This document shows positions 12,135 to 27,200 of a stretch of 64,000 nucleotides of DNA, piece after piece (the stretch's first letter is position 1; each line of letters opens with the position of its first letter). The position numbers and the translations under genes are program-made. Origin of the DNA: Polymyxa betae A26-41 (lineage: Eukaryota > Protista > Endomyxa: Phytomyxea); NCBI GenBank assembly GCA_003693705.1, contig RBZT01000705.1, positions 62,001 to 126,000 on the forward strand, written 5' to 3'. The notes below the pieces were generated by a model, which was not told the DNA's origin, did no database searches, and was given only the letters and a program-made list of their open reading frames with translations.

Positions 12135-15100
12135 GTGGCTTATGGCAATTCGAATGGCTGGTTAATATCTAAATCACTGGAGAGCATGGATGAGGTTCAT
12201 GTCCGTTCAGATACTGTGAAACCACCAACTATCACGGTTGAGAATTCCCGAAACCTTCAGCGCAAGATGTCGTCTACAGATTCTCCGCCTATGCAGGCTG
12301 ATGATGAAGAGAATGGAGCTACAATTGTAAATCCTCGTTCGTTGAAACGACGACTCCAAGGAGAAAAAGCTTCCGAATCTCCAGATCTGGATGCTGAGAG
12401 TGTAAAACATCCACGATCAGCTGACACCGATATTTCAAAGACTCTGATCAAAAGACGGTTTTTCGAGGCGTCAAAGAAATTACGCTCTGAGCAGCTAGTA
12501 CACGCTCGCAAAGTGGAAGATGCAGAAAAGCGAAAACAAAATTTGGAACAACTGTCAAAAGCGATTAGGCAAAATAATAACCGGCGAGCTTCGCTTGGCC
12601 GTAAAGGAACGCCTTCAACCACAGCACGAGCTGCACAGCCTTCCAAAAAATCGCTTTTGAGAGTTAATAGAGATTTCAAGTCTGAGGCTAAACCAAAACA
12701 GAATTCCATTGCAATATCCGAAATTTTCCGAAAACCAGCAGCCTCAGAGAAAAAACCCAAACCAGTTGTTTCTGCACCGAAACCTGAAGATTTACCTATA
12801 CAAACTGCTGACAATAAGGTACCTCGTTATTCCCTCGTTTATAAAGGATATCAATTGGCCTTGCAGAAATATACACCAGAAGAGCTCAAAGCCTACATGG
12901 AGCTGAAGAAGGTGAAATTTGCAAAGCAAAAACGGCAAGAAAGGAAACAAAATGAGGAAGTAATATTATTGAATGTCTGTGAGGGCGGACGAGCTAACAT
13001 GGTTTTGATTAGATGAGACGCCACAGAAACGACCAGATCAAGCAGGCGGAAGAATTTCACAAAAAAGGCGCGGTTGCTTTTCGAAGAATGGTAGAACGAA
13101 AGAAGAAACGTTCAAGAGCGTCTTCGATATCTGAGACGGTGGAGCCAAAGACGGAGATTGACGATATCCGACTGAAGCTGAATCTACAAGAAATGTCAGA
13201 CTTTCTCCCTCAAAAAGTGCTTGTAACCGATGAAGAATCAGAAAGTGGCTCTGGCCTAGCTCCAGATGATGATACGGTATCGATACTTACGTAATTGCTT
13301 TTGTTTTGCTGAGGATTCTTAGGAACTGTCTAGTCACTCGACGCATGAAGAAAATCGACGAAGCGGGGAGCAGGCGAAATTTGCTGAAAGGATTCGTAGA
13401 ATGAAAGAGTCAGCTGGGCGTCTGGTTCTTCGTGTCACAAAGTATGCTCAGGAGAAAAAAACTGAATTGCACGCACGACCCGATTTGCAACCAAACCTCG
13501 TCGTTGCCAAAGAAAACATTCACAATCCAGAAACTCTCGAGAATTCAGCTACAAACAAAATCACTACTACTGTTCAACCTGCAACGCCTGATACAGAAGC
13601 CGTCGTTCCTGTTGCTATCAATACTCTCTCTAGAACTGTGGATGCTGATATCGGTGCCACCGAAGCTTTCGATCGTAAGCTGATCAAATTCCCTGAGTTA
13701 TCACGCCTTGACGATAACCCATTTCTTAAATTTGAATGCTGCTCGGTTCAGTCGGAAGGCCAGTCAGAACCGGGTTCGATAAATTCGACGGCGACCAAGC
13801 TGGAAAATCAAGAAACTGAAAAGGAGCGGTCGATGAAGATGGATTGGAACATTTTCGGCAGACCGGCACCGCAATATCGGCCAAACCCACTGTCAATTGT
13901 CAACATATTCGCTGCTCGTTATCTAGAGAAGAAAGAGGAAATAATTCTCGATGGCGAACATGACAACGCTTTCCTAATCCCCAAACCTCCTGTTGAGAGT
14001 AGATTGACGATTGGAGTATTTGCTCGATCTCCAAAACTACGAAGTTTATCGGCACCGACTCACCCAGGATCTCCGGCAGCTCTGGACACGAGAGAGCCAA
14101 CTGTTGCTGATCATCAGAATGAGATGCCTGCCGGTCCAATTACTGGAGAGCACATTGAGAGTCCTAAACCAGATGACAGGTCGACTGATGCGAGCCTGCA
14201 GGACGATCGTTTCTCTGAGCCTGATTCTACCCCAACTGAAGACGGTCCTCACGACAATGGTTCTGCCGATGAACAAGGGCCATCAGAAATGTCATTTTCT
14301 GTATCTTACAGCTCTGATCATTCTGAGGGATTAGAGGAAGAGGGAATTCAAAAACCTCGTCTGTCGCCAAGATCGCTTGCATTGGAAGCGAGGGCGGAGC
14401 TCTGTCACTTCGAAGAGATGAATAAGGCGTCTGTTGAGCTGTGTGAGTTGGAGTATTCCTACGGCGCTCAGTCATTACGCGAAGCTACAACTCAGGCTCA
14501 GCAAGAACTGATCAGGTTCACGAATGATGCTTCTGCTGTCAAAGCCCAGCTGGCATTACGTGAAGCATGTAGTCAGGAGATCCAAAAAGTCGGGCACACT
14601 CATATACAGCACCTGGAAGCTTTAACATCAACTGTTCTCAAATCTGTTTCTCGTTTCAATACGGCTCTTCCAGACCCAGAACAATCTGAGATTCCTAAAA
14701 CTGAAAATAATGCTGTCATTGAGACTGTCCGCCTGGATGGTGACGCTGCAGAGTTGTTAGATCGGATTCATTCCATTAACAGTGACATTACGTCTAAGGA
14801 CATTCCGCTTGTGGATGGCAAGGAAGCACTAGGCGAAGGCGCTGCACCAATTCATAAAGCAAGAGAATTTGCTTTCAAACAAGAGGGTAAGACATTTCCT
14901 AAGGGCGGCTTATAGACACTAATGTCTCAATTTCAGAAACACCGGTTGCTAAGGCCGATGAATCGAGCAAAGATTGCTTCGTTGGCATGGATGTCAGAAA
15001 CGGCAACGAAAGCGATTCGACAGACTTGGATTCACCGCGAGCTGAAAATCTCCATAGAGATCATTCAACTGTTAACCACAGATTTGATGACGCAATATCT

Positions 15101-18100
15101 GCAAGCAGTTTCAAATCTTCACTGCACGGCCAAGAAGAATTTTCCTCTGAAAAAGACGTCCGAGATTTCAGCGAAGACGAATTTGTTGACTCGAAATTCG
15201 CGGTTCCCTCCCGATTGCAGAAATCCCAAGCAGATGCATTCTCTATTGTCGCGGAATCTTCCGACTTCGCTTCTGCTGATGATTCTGATCAATATTCTGC
15301 TTCGGGCGACAAACGGTCATTATTGGCTCCAAGCTCCACTGATGTCGAGTATGGTCATTCAGATTGTCTCGTATCGGTTGCTGAGTCTGCCGCGATTGCT
15401 GAATCAGCCGAAGTCCTATCCGATTGCGTTTCCGGCGCAACAGGTCGCAGCGAGCTTTCAGAATTTGTATCATCAAACCCAGAGCTTCAAAGTGCTACTG
15501 AAGTGGAGAACTCAGATGATGCTGTCATTTCAAGAACAGTTACCGCAAAGGATCAAGTCGATAGCAACAATTTTCTGCAACTGGAGATGAAGCATGACAA
15601 AATAAGCGAACGCTCATCAATATTATCAGAAATTGAGGGCTTTTCCGAAGACAATTTACCTTCAGGTAGTATTGCTGAGTCGCAACAAGCAGAGATTCAG
15701 CAAGCAGAAATTTCTGATACTAATTTATCGAGCGCGTCGCTCAAGGGTTCGACTGATGTCGCTGACAATCAGCTTGAATATATTCCACGTGATGCTGAAT
15801 CCGACCACATGTTATCGAGTTACATCTCCCGTGGAACAAGCTATGCTTCATCTGAGCATGAGAATGACAATATCGATTTCGATGCACAAAGCTATGAGGG
15901 CAGGAATGGTCCTGGTGTTCCCAGCTCGATCAACTCTGGAAGCTATGCTGAAAGTTCCAAAGAGGATTCTGCATTAAAAGTGGCAGGTTCGATTGATAGC
16001 GATTCTGGGAACCGCCTCAGCTTATCAATACCCGACGGAACAGCTGGCTCGAGAGCGACAGAAATTCACTCTTTAATTAACGACTCTGAGCCCAATGGTA
16101 ATTTCGAGGCCGACTCTCCGGCAACTGCTCCCTCATCAACCGAGTCGGATAAAGAGGCGTCATTACACTTCGATCAAGCCGACGCTAAAGAAAACGATTC
16201 TGAAATTGCCGACTATTCTTCGTTTGCTGAGAATGATTCACTTAATTATGGAGATTCTGTGCAGGATATTATCAATAATGACCAATTGACTAATCGCTAC
16301 AACAATAGAGTATGCCAATTTTTCGCTCTTTTCGATTATTAAACGCTTTTTAGACCGATCCCGGATGCTCTCTTGACTCTGAATCGCGAACCAACAAAGA
16401 ACACAAAGACTGTGAGGTCCCCCTTGCACAAGTTTGCTCTGACGACATTCGCAGCTTTAAATCGGATTACAGCGAGTCTGGGAATGCATCTGAGGGCTAC
16501 GAGCTTGATACAAAATATGAAATTAGGAATGACTCTGAGATTCCGAAGTCAGATGCCGCTCTAACGATTGATGAATGTTCCAAGGAGGATTCTGAGCTCC
16601 AGTTGCTGAGTGCAAGCGGTCCCAAATCTGGAAGTGATATCGTCCTATCAATATCTGACAGAGCAGTTCACTCAGATGTTGAACTCGCTCATTGTATAAG
16701 CAGCAATCCGGAGTTCTGCTGTTCTGAGAATAGCTTATCCCAAGAGCCCATTACTGCCTGTTCTGTAGCTGCTTCCCCATTGGTATCACCAAAGACTTCA
16801 TCGACTCTTAATCAAGCTAACGCTGAAGACAACGATTCTGAAACTGGCTATGGCTCTTCATTCTCAGAGAACGAGTCACTTGATTATAAAGATTCTGCTT
16901 TGCATATCGCCAATGTCGACAAAGCGTCTCCTTGCCATAACAGCGAGGTCTAATCGTCTGTTTCATTTCCACTCCAACTGTCTAACGCTTTGTTTAGAGT
17001 GAGCCCGCGCTCTTTCTTCAGTCGGAGTCTCATGGCGATGCACAGCTCAGTTTTGAGGATCTTCCTGCCTCTCATTCTGATGATTACGAGAAAACTGAAA
17101 ATAATCGGGAGGGTTACGGCCTGTATACGAGGCAAGAGATAAGCTATGTTTCTGAAGCCCCGAATCCAGTTATCTCTACAACCATTGCTGAATATTCCAG
17201 AGATGTTTCTGAACACCAGTTGTCGTGTGCAGGCGACTTCAGTTCCATAGATTCTGTCATCTTACCCATACCCGATGTAACAGTTCACTCAGAAACGCCC
17301 CTCACTCATTGTTCAAGTAACAAATCGGAGTTCATGTGCTCTGGGAAAGGTTTATCCCAAGAGCCTACCGTGGGCGCTGCTGTTCCCCCATTAGCACCGC
17401 TCTCTGCGCAAACATCATTGCAGCTGGATCAAGCTGAAACTAAATATAATCATTTTGAACTCCAGCATCAAACGTCTTTTACAAAGAACGATTCACTTTC
17501 GACCCGAGATTCTCACCTGAGTATCATCAGTGGTGAGGAGGTCGGTAATGTTGATAATATTAAGGTCTGTTGATCGTTGTTGTCTTCCTCTTGGTAGATT
17601 CATAATACCTTTTAGTCTGAGTCCCAATGGCAATCTTCACATGAATCCAAATCGGAGATTACAACAGAAATAGAAGATAGTGAGAAGGTCGAGCCAATAT
17701 CGAGATCCGATGTCGCTGACTACATTACGCAAGCTATTTTTTGCGATCTTGTTGCAGAATTGAAGTATCGCGAACCGAAGGCGTCAGAGCACAGCACTGA
17801 TGCTCCTTCGAGCTATCTCGTTGCAAATCCCCAGAATTGTAAACTGCAAGCTTCGCCACCAGATTCGGGACCAGTAGAGCAGATCACAGATGCTATTTTG
17901 AGTGATCTCGTTTCAGAGTTACACTTCTGCGAACAGTATGCTCCGGAATCAGAGCAAAACCAAGCAAAGGAGAGCACTTGCGCTATTTCAAGCTATCTCG
18001 TTGCAGACGTTGAAGATTGTGAAATGAAACCTCCGCCGGATTCGGATCCAGTTGAGGAGGTCACAGAAGCAATTCTAAGTGATCTCATTTTAGAACTGCA

Positions 18101-19347
18101 GTATCGCGAACCGAAGGGTGCTCAAACAGAGCGGAAACAAACAAACGACAATACTAATGCTATCTCAAACTATCTTGCGGGAGAACCCGAGGATTGCAAA
18201 TTGCAAATTACACGACCAGTTGAAGAGGCGACCGAACCTATTACAAGGCACCTCGATAGCTATCATCAGCCAAAGGCTCCACAAGCAATGTTGAATCAAG
18301 CTAACGACAGCGATATTGTCAGTTATCTGATCGCAGAACCTCAGCATAGTCAACTAGATTCCTCGTCTCTGGAATCGGATCCAGTAGAAGAGGTCACGGA
18401 CGCTATATTATGTGATCTCGTTGCAGAATTAAAGTTTCGCGATCCGAACGTTTCGCAATCAGAGCTGGAGCAAGCAAGTAGCGACACTATGGCTAATTCA
18501 AGCTATCTCGTTGCAGAACCCGAGGATCGTACACTGAGAGCTTCACGACAAGGATCGGATGCAACAGAGGCGGCCAAGGATGCTATATCAAGTAGTCTCA
18601 TTGCCGAACTGAGAGACGCTGAATCTGATACAACACAACCGCACTCAAATCGAGCAGAGGAAATAACCAATGCGATTTTGAATGATCTTGTAGGAGAGCT
18701 GCAAGATTCAGGTGAGAAATAATGTGACAGTTGATGGCTGCATTCATCTCATTAATCTGCACATCTCAGTTGGTAAGAGCCTGGTTCATGAACCTGAATT
18801 TACGGTTTTTGAACCTCATGACCCTGAATGTGCTAAACTCTATATTGCACAAGTGCTACGTAATCAGCGCTTTATTGATTGGGCGAATCCCATGCTAAGC
18901 GAAGATACTCTTAACGCCGTTGAGAGACAGCTGGAACAGCAGTCCTCTGAATCTTCATCATTCCGGCGGTTTATTTTCGATATGTTGCAATCCGTGATTC
19001 TGTCGCTGCGCCGATTCGGTGGTGAAAGACCTCCCGAAGCCTGGCATCGGATGAAACCAAGGTATGGATTATGATCTTTTCTAAGGATTTCATGTGACGA
19101 CTGTCTTTGCAGGAAATTAAGGGACCACTTTTGGAGGCAGCCGTCAGATGATGAAATCATCAAGGAAGTTCTTTTAAGAATATATCCCGATCCATCAACA
19201 ACATATGACAATGTTGACGAAATCGTCAATGCTCAAGTCCAAAAAGAAGAATGGTATTACGATGACCATATCGCAGAAGTCCAGTTCGAAATAGCAGACT
19301 TAATATTTACCGAGATTTTACAGGATAGCATTCAGGCGATGGTTTGA
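12135..19347 (+). CDS. CEP350: CEP350-like centrosomal protein with DUF4378-type C-terminus; 5' end uncertain
   Basis: KYTPEELKAYMELKK..KRQERKQNEE, RLSPRSLALEARAEL..E and EEWYYDDHIAEVQFEIADLIFTEILQDSI* resemble conserved CEP350 blocks; long acidic Ser-rich linker. Confidence 0.7.
15900..17650 (+). repeat. three diverged tandem exon+intron duplications (period about 620-640 bp) inside the CEP350-like gene
   Basis: ADAKENDSE..SSFAENDSL / ANAEDNDSE..SSFSENESL / AETKYNHFE..SFTKNDSL, each followed by an intron (16310-16353, 16948-16997, 17565-17615). Confidence 0.75.
17700..18710 (+). repeat. coding tandem repeat of about 55-62 aa, 5-6 copies
   Basis: Recurrent SDPVEEVTDAILSDLVAEL..REPK...SSYLVAEPEDCKL; DNA agctatctcgttgcag recurs. 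Confidence 0.8.
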
Positions 19348-19639
19348 TAGTCATTTCGGCTTGGTCTTTCATATTTATATAAATTATATCTCTATGCATT
19401 GTTGTCTAAATACATCCTGTTCATATTTGCCTGCACTTGAATCGGCACAGAATTCTTCCGAGGTGTTTGAGTAGGTCTAACCAGACTAACCTCAATGAAA
19501 TGGCATCCACAATTGCAGCTGTCGAGGTGAACTGTGTAGTCAGAGTCCGTCTATGAATATAGACTATTGACATCATGTGGGTTCGAGATCGAGTACAGAG
19601 GCATTCAGGCCAACTGCTGAGTTTTTACAGAGAAACTAA

Positions 19640-21627
19640 ATGGAAAATCTATCAGAAACTGAACCAGTAATAGTGACGGCGAAACTTGAGAGGCAGCATA
19701 CAGAGGATACCGTTTCAGAGCAGACGCTTCAGAAAATCGAGTCGCTTGAAGTGCTGGAAGAAGCCCTGACTATTGTTAAAGGCGTTAGTTATCCTTACAA
19801 AGCTTTATAAACATTCATAGTGATTAAGGTTTAGATTTCAGAACCGCGAATCATTTGGAAAGATTCGACACTCTATAATGAAAGACTATTGAAGAAAATC
19901 TTCAACGATGATATGGATGGCAACGCGAGAACAAAAACATTATATGCAGAGCATGAAGTAGAGCACAATTGTACCCCAATCTGACAATTCATTTGGCATC
20001 ATAGCTTCGTCAAGGCCTTCTACGAGAGCACAAATATTCGGAAATCAAGAAAAAGATCAACGAGGCATTCGATCAGAGAACACAATTACTACAGAGTATG
20101 TTCGCATCATAGAATCATGAGTGCAGCCATTGACCAGATGAACAGATTCCCCTAAATACCAGTCGACCATTTTCTGTCCATTTGGCAGAGTTCTCGTCTT
20201 CCAGATGATCAACGATACAATTTTCACAGTCTTCAGTGATGGCTTAATAGGTTGGTAACATTACAGCCCAGCAGGGTCTGTCATTACTATACTCACAACA
20301 TCATAGTCATTTATGAACGTTCGAAAGCATCCAGCATAGAGCCGAAAGAGATCCTGGCCATCTCTGAAGCATCGCTCGCCTGCGTCTGTACCCTTTCACT
20401 TCCTCAGAAGGCGCCACCCGAACAGGCTCCAGAAACTGACGACAGGACGATCGACTTGTTTTTGGTCACTGAGGACAGCAAGTCAGAAAGGGAATGCTCG
20501 ATTATTCGATGTTATTTAAAGGCAACTACCGATTCTGTCAGCAGAAATATTCGAGTAAGTAGCTGACTTAAAAGTCGCTTTACACAATAACATTTGTGGT
20601 CGCTAGCTGGAACGATTACAAAGCAGTAATGTATTCAAAAATGAGACATGCTCTCGCCCGAATCTCGCTGTTTACTGTCCAGCCCATCAATGCATTATGA
20701 CAACACATGATAGGTCTGGACGTCCCTAATCTATTTTCGACATCTTCTAATCCTATCTCAGCGTCGTATATTTGATTGCAATAATGCAGTCGTCATTCGA
20801 GATTCGAATACGTCTGGATTTGACAGCGTCATTGCGGCTTCCAGCGACGCCACCAAACCAAAGGGATATTCATCGAATTACGAGCATAGTCAGTCGCGGT
20901 AGCTTTTTCTATGCTAGCACATACAGTGGCACACTCACACAGATTCAAATCGGAATTGGAGCTACAAGTCTACGTCCATCAATTCTGCAGCAATACGGGG
21001 CGTTAGAAACCCGGGCTATCAATTCAGACCGATTCCGAGGTGTCGAAGATGACAAAGCGGAAATCGAACTGGAGGTGACGAGGATCGTTGAAGAGAAGCA
21101 ACCGATCAAGTTTTCATATGCTCCAACAACGATCTCATGTATGGTTCTATCAGGATCGGAATCGATATACAGCGCTTGTGGCGATGGAACGATACGTCGG
21201 CAGAGTTTTAGCTCGTCCAATTCAGGTAAGAACTAGATAAACCTCGATGATAATATAGCTGAGGATGGTTGTAGAGGATGAGCAATGCTTCCTAAAAAAA
21301 GACGAGTATAGCGACGCCGGATACCTTCCATCGTGTTTACAGATAGCGGTTTCTAAATCAGCTAATCTGGTAATCAGTTGCGATGCTAATAGTCGTCTCT
21401 GTATGTGGAATCTATCGACACAAGAGATAATCGGGATCTGCTCCATGGAAGGCATAAAGAACCCATATAGTCTGCATCTGGATGCAGAAAACGATTCCAT
21501 CGTTGTGTTTGCCTCGGAGATGATGATGTTTTGGAGGTATAATCACGATATCATTCCAGAAGCGGTAAGACAGGCTACGTCGCTTGACAGAGAACCGAGT
21601 TTAAGCCGATCCCGAACGCGACTATGA
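19640..21627 (+). CDS. uncharacterised multi-exon protein with WD40-like C-terminus
   Basis: ATG 19640 (MENLSETEP); several GT-AG introns; IYSACGDGTIRR and VISCDANSRLCMWNL are WD-like. Confidence 0.5.
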
Positions 21628-21725
21628 TGGCAGGAAACAATCGATTTGTTCATTATAAAATTGCATAATCGCATATGAATGATACCTCTTACGCTATCGC
21701 CTTATCAAGCTTTGAGTGGGTAAAT

Positions 21726-22642
<917 letters not shown>

Positions 22643-22736
22643 CTACCCTCTCACATTTTTCATATTGCTTCTACAAATGATATAATAATCTGTACTGAGA
22701 TGAATGTACCTCACACACCGAATGCCATGCCGTTTA

Positions 22737-23168
22737 TTACTTGTTCTTTTTGGAACCATGAGCACGATTCTTGGAGTGGAATCTGGGCCACAGCAGTGCG
22801 ATTAACGTGAGGACTCCCAAAACTGCATGCACCATTGCGACTTGATGGTAGATTTTTGGAAATTCTGCACGGCGACGAAGCATCCAAGCAAGCGTGGCCC
22901 CATGGTACCCAAGGAAGCCTATCAGGCTTGGCGTTGCTGCTGATTGCGGGGCGTTTTTGCATCCGGCAAAGATGGCGAAGAGTCCAGAAAGCGAAAGGGA
23001 TGCTGTTGGCAGAGCCCAAAGTTGCAAACTTGTATTCGAATGCGATGCTAGCGCTGACAAGATCTCCATGCTCTTGTGACTAGGGTTGAATAGTCCGCAA
23101 TAGGACAGAAACCCTTCGAATGCGACATTGACACATAAAATAGCAAGCGAGATCAGCGAGAACTGCAT
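22737..23168 (-). CDS. small multi-TM membrane protein
   Basis: ORF with about 4 hydrophobic segments; likely start MQFSLIS at 23168; basic tail SKKNK. Confidence 0.5.
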   Translation of the reverse strand: MQFSLISLAILCVNVAFEGFLSYCGLFNPSHKSMEILSALASHSNTSLQLWALPTASLSLSGLFAIFAGCKNAPQSAATPSLIGFLGYHGATLAWMLRRRAEFPKIYHQVAMVHAVLGVLTLIALLWPRFHSKNRAHGSKKNK

Positions 23169-23418
23169 GAAGAACGTTGCAAGATCTCGACTTCGAACGA
23201 ATTCAAACAATTGATAGTGCCGAAAAGCACGCGGGCTTTTTTAGTCTTTTTAGATTTTTAAGTGGTTGGTGGTTGGCTGCGCTGCAAGCGATAACACAAA
23301 TGATACAAAGCACCCTCAATAAAACTGCAACTTTATCCTAGAATTTCCTATCGTTTACAATCAAATGACGATCTGGTTTTATTAATGCGCTGGCGAGATC
23401 ATTCGCTTATGGTTGCAG

Positions 23419-24002
23419 GCTGGTAGTGTTCCAGATCGCATCAATTCGAGAGTTCAGAATGAATGCGCATTGTTTTGTAAATTGATTTCCCGAGACGAGC
23501 TAGAATGGCATTCGCTTTCGGTTTATATATGCTGACGTAGTTTAGTAATGTGAATGCGAATTGCAGGAAAGAACTGTAAGCCTAAAGTTGGTACAGACAC
23601 GTGTACATTTCATGGTCATAGCCTTTTACCAGCTTTTTGCTCAGATTGTATATCTTTGGTCATTGGCATTGGCAGCAAGACATCGCCGCTGATGTGCTTT
23701 TAGAGATCGCTCAGACTTCAGGACATGACAAAGGAATGTGCATATTCGAATGTACCTCCTCAATTGGGGATAACCAGAGCAAAACTCAAGGTCGTACAGC
23801 TGTGTAGCAGCTTAACCCCAACTGTTGATTAACTCAAATAGAAAGTAGCGATTCGACAACGTTGGTCACAAGAACGACCGGGTTCAACAAAGACCGAATC
23901 GAGGAAATAGGCGAGAGAAAACAAGTGCGTGAGTCGGACGTTAAGCAGGACTCGGACTCGCGCACTTTGTTTAGCACACGCAGCGCTGTTGTCTGCGTTT
24001 AA
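23419..24002 (+). CDS. putative multi-exon gene with a 9-nt microexon; start not found
   Basis: GT-AG introns 23521-23566, 23576-23621 and about 23791-23841 join one open frame ending SAVVCV*. Confidence 0.4.
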
Positions 24003-24214
24003 CTTACTCCTTAAGTAACATCATCATTGGGCCTGGCTTACTGCTGTGATCATTGCCCGATCAGCCAAGCGTCGTCTTCATTCTCTATCCTCCTTGGTAT
24101 GCACGAGTCACGTCTCCATTGCTGTCTACCCTAACCTGCACACAGCGATCGCAGGCCGGCGACGGCTCGCGCCACAAAGTGCTCTATCTGAAAGCCTTTG
24201 CCGCTATCGATGAC

Positions 24215-27200
24215 ATGTTCGGCGTGATCAAAAACCGCCTATGTAAATATTTGCTGAAAAGGCTGTTTGGACGCTACCTGGATGAGGATCTGGACACTGT
24301 CAAGGTCATCGTTGAAGGCGATAATCTCGCTGTTCAAAACCTTCGTCTACGATCGGGCCCGGGCTCCCATCTGACCTATTTGGATTCTGCATGTGCCGAT
24401 CTAGTTACAGTTCACATACCCTGGCGTAACCTACTTCGAGATGGCTGCAAGATTACAATTTCTGGATTTGCTATTGAGATCACCAATGAGAAAAGCGATG
24501 TTAGCAGCAATCTAGCAGCCCTCGTTTCAAATCCGCGTTCTTCCTCACACGATCCTTACCTACATCGAGCCCTTCTTGCGATTTTCAAAAACGATTCTCA
24601 GGACGATGATTTGGACGAAACAGGAATTGACGAGTTGCCGATAGGCAGCAACAAAAAATCTCTAGATTGTGTGAGCGGTTACATTCGTCAAGTACTTTCC
24701 AAGACACATGTCACGATTACAGATATTCGCCTGAAAGTCCGACCAGCTCAAGACGTCAATTTCATTGTTGCAATTCCCAGGTTATGGTTTCAAGATGGTG
24801 TATTGGAATTTGATAAGGGCGCAACAGTGTACGAAGAGCGAGTCGCTGAGCCGCTTTTGGTTATTGGTGACATGGTTCGCGCTGAATTCGACGATTATAC
24901 TTTAACGTGTGATATTGACGTTATTCAAGGCCGAATTCCAGTATCGTTGTTGCGTTTTTTTGCCATCCCTGCGGGCTCTATGCCTCAATCAGAAACTCGC
25001 TTTGAACAGCCTTCTTCGGAATCGAAAGCAATTGGAGATTATGCTAGTATCAGCCAGCTTAAGCTCAACGTACAAAAGGCTGTTGTTGTTCTCGATTCAA
25101 ACGAAGCACAGTTTGGCTTTAATCTCGACAATGTGGACATCGATCTCGCTATAGCACCAAAAATCGCTTTGCGCTCGTTTTCTATTGGTGTTGGCGAGAT
25201 TATCGACGAAATTTGCTCCATTCCTGTCTTACAGTTTACGCCTCGCGATCAGCATCGTAAACCCAATTTTCTGTTAAGATCGAATGGATTGGATTTGCAG
25301 CCCTTCTTGGTCTCAGCTGACATGGACACACTGTATCGGTTAAAAGCTCTTCTTAGGGAATCTCTTAAACAGATCCCGACTAGAAAGGCATTGTCTTACA
25401 CGGATCAGAAATGCGGCGACTTTGTTGTATCAGTGATGGGACCGATCGTGCTACATTATATTGGCTACCTTGAAGTTCTGATTGATTCGCCAATTGCTGC
25501 TGTGATTGGTGCAGACACGACTGTTCTCTCGATAGAACATTCTCTCATTGAGATTCGCGAAATTCAGCAAGGCCGCATCATGTTTTCTTCTACATTAAGC
25601 TGCTCTATACGGTTTCGCTATTTGAACGACTTGGCTTCGACGATCCCTGCCATCTTCCCGAATAAAAGACGAACGTCATCCCGTATCTATCAGACCGACG
25701 ATTTTGTCTCCGATCGCGACGGCTTATTACTGCCTGTGTCATATAAACTTGCCTACATGGACGCCGCCCAAATAACTGCATCTTGTCAGCTAGCGAACAT
25801 CGAAGTCCATCTTAACGAGCACGTTCTGACAGGGCTCTACTCCGTCTTCCAGAACCACTCCAGGAATCTTGCCGCAAGTACTGTCGATCTTAGCAATTTT
25901 TCATGCTCATGGGCGGTTTCCGCTAGCTGCGACGAAATGCGGGTGTTCTACACCGCGCCTAATTGTAAGTTTCTGCTGCTTGCTGAAAGCGGGCTCTCTG
26001 TTTTCGCTTCACCAGCAGCAGTGAGTGCATCTGTAAGCTCTTTGTCTTTAAAAAAGGATTCCGTTGCTATCGTTTCGCACTTTGCTACACCAACGAATTT
26101 GGTAAACTTCGCTGCATTCGAGGCATGGGCCCTTTGGAGAGAAGACCACGCTGATGTTTCTGTTGCGATTCGAAATATTGTTGTCTCTTTGAATCAAGAT
26201 GCATTCGACTTTGCTGAATGTGCATTATCTATTCATTCAATGACAACGAAATTGAGCAACAGGGACGACCCTGCCAATAGCTGCAGCAGCAGCAACAGGT
26301 ACAACTGATTTCACAACGTTTTGTTATGCCAATCTGTCTTCGGTTTAATGGGGATGATTGGGCTAAGAATGAACCAGGTGTTTTTCATTCCAAAGCAATG
26401 TCGAGGACTGCGCCATTCTGTTCTCGTCAGCAGATCCATCAGGCCCGCGGTTGACGTTGGTCTTCGAGAAACTCTACAAAACTGTCAGCAGAGATCGTTT
26501 GAACATTCTGCTATGCGGCTTATCTCTGCATTTGATCGATCGGCTGCCCTCTCCGATCACATTCTCCTCACATTGTGGTGACTCTCTGCTGGAATATCTG
26601 ATCGATTCTGGCCATGTCGTCATTCTGTCACTAGACGTTGCCGAAGCTGATCAACATTTGTCAGCACTATCAGTAAACGTCGGTCATGTTGCTTTAATGA
26701 CCTGCGCCGACACGCTAACGTTGACGTACCGAGCGGGCGTCGCCATCTGGGAAGACGTTTCGCCCCGCTTACTCGCCATCACGTCGAACGGTAAACCTTT
26801 GGATGACAGGTTTTCCGTTTCTCAGAAGCATGCCGATGTTGTCTCACTGGCAGCATCCCAAGTGTTGACGCGGAATAATGCTTCTGGAGGCCTTCCAGCT
26901 GTCCTAGACGCATTCGAAGGTAGCATCAGCGAGGCCCTAAATGTGGAATTAGACGACTCTTATCTTTCTGATGAGCGCTCCACCGGACTAGGCCACGGTG
27001 CTCAGCAGATTTTGTCTGTCATCGAGGATTCATACGATGCCGCCCCTTCAGCAACTCTACCAAATCGAAATGAGATGAAAGCTCTGTACCATAATACTGA
27101 CTTCCGCATAATCGAATCCCATTTCGCTTCGATCGATTTCGAAGCGGGCAACGAGGCACCTTTCGTTGATCAAAAGATCGTCAGCTCTGATGGTAGCTTT

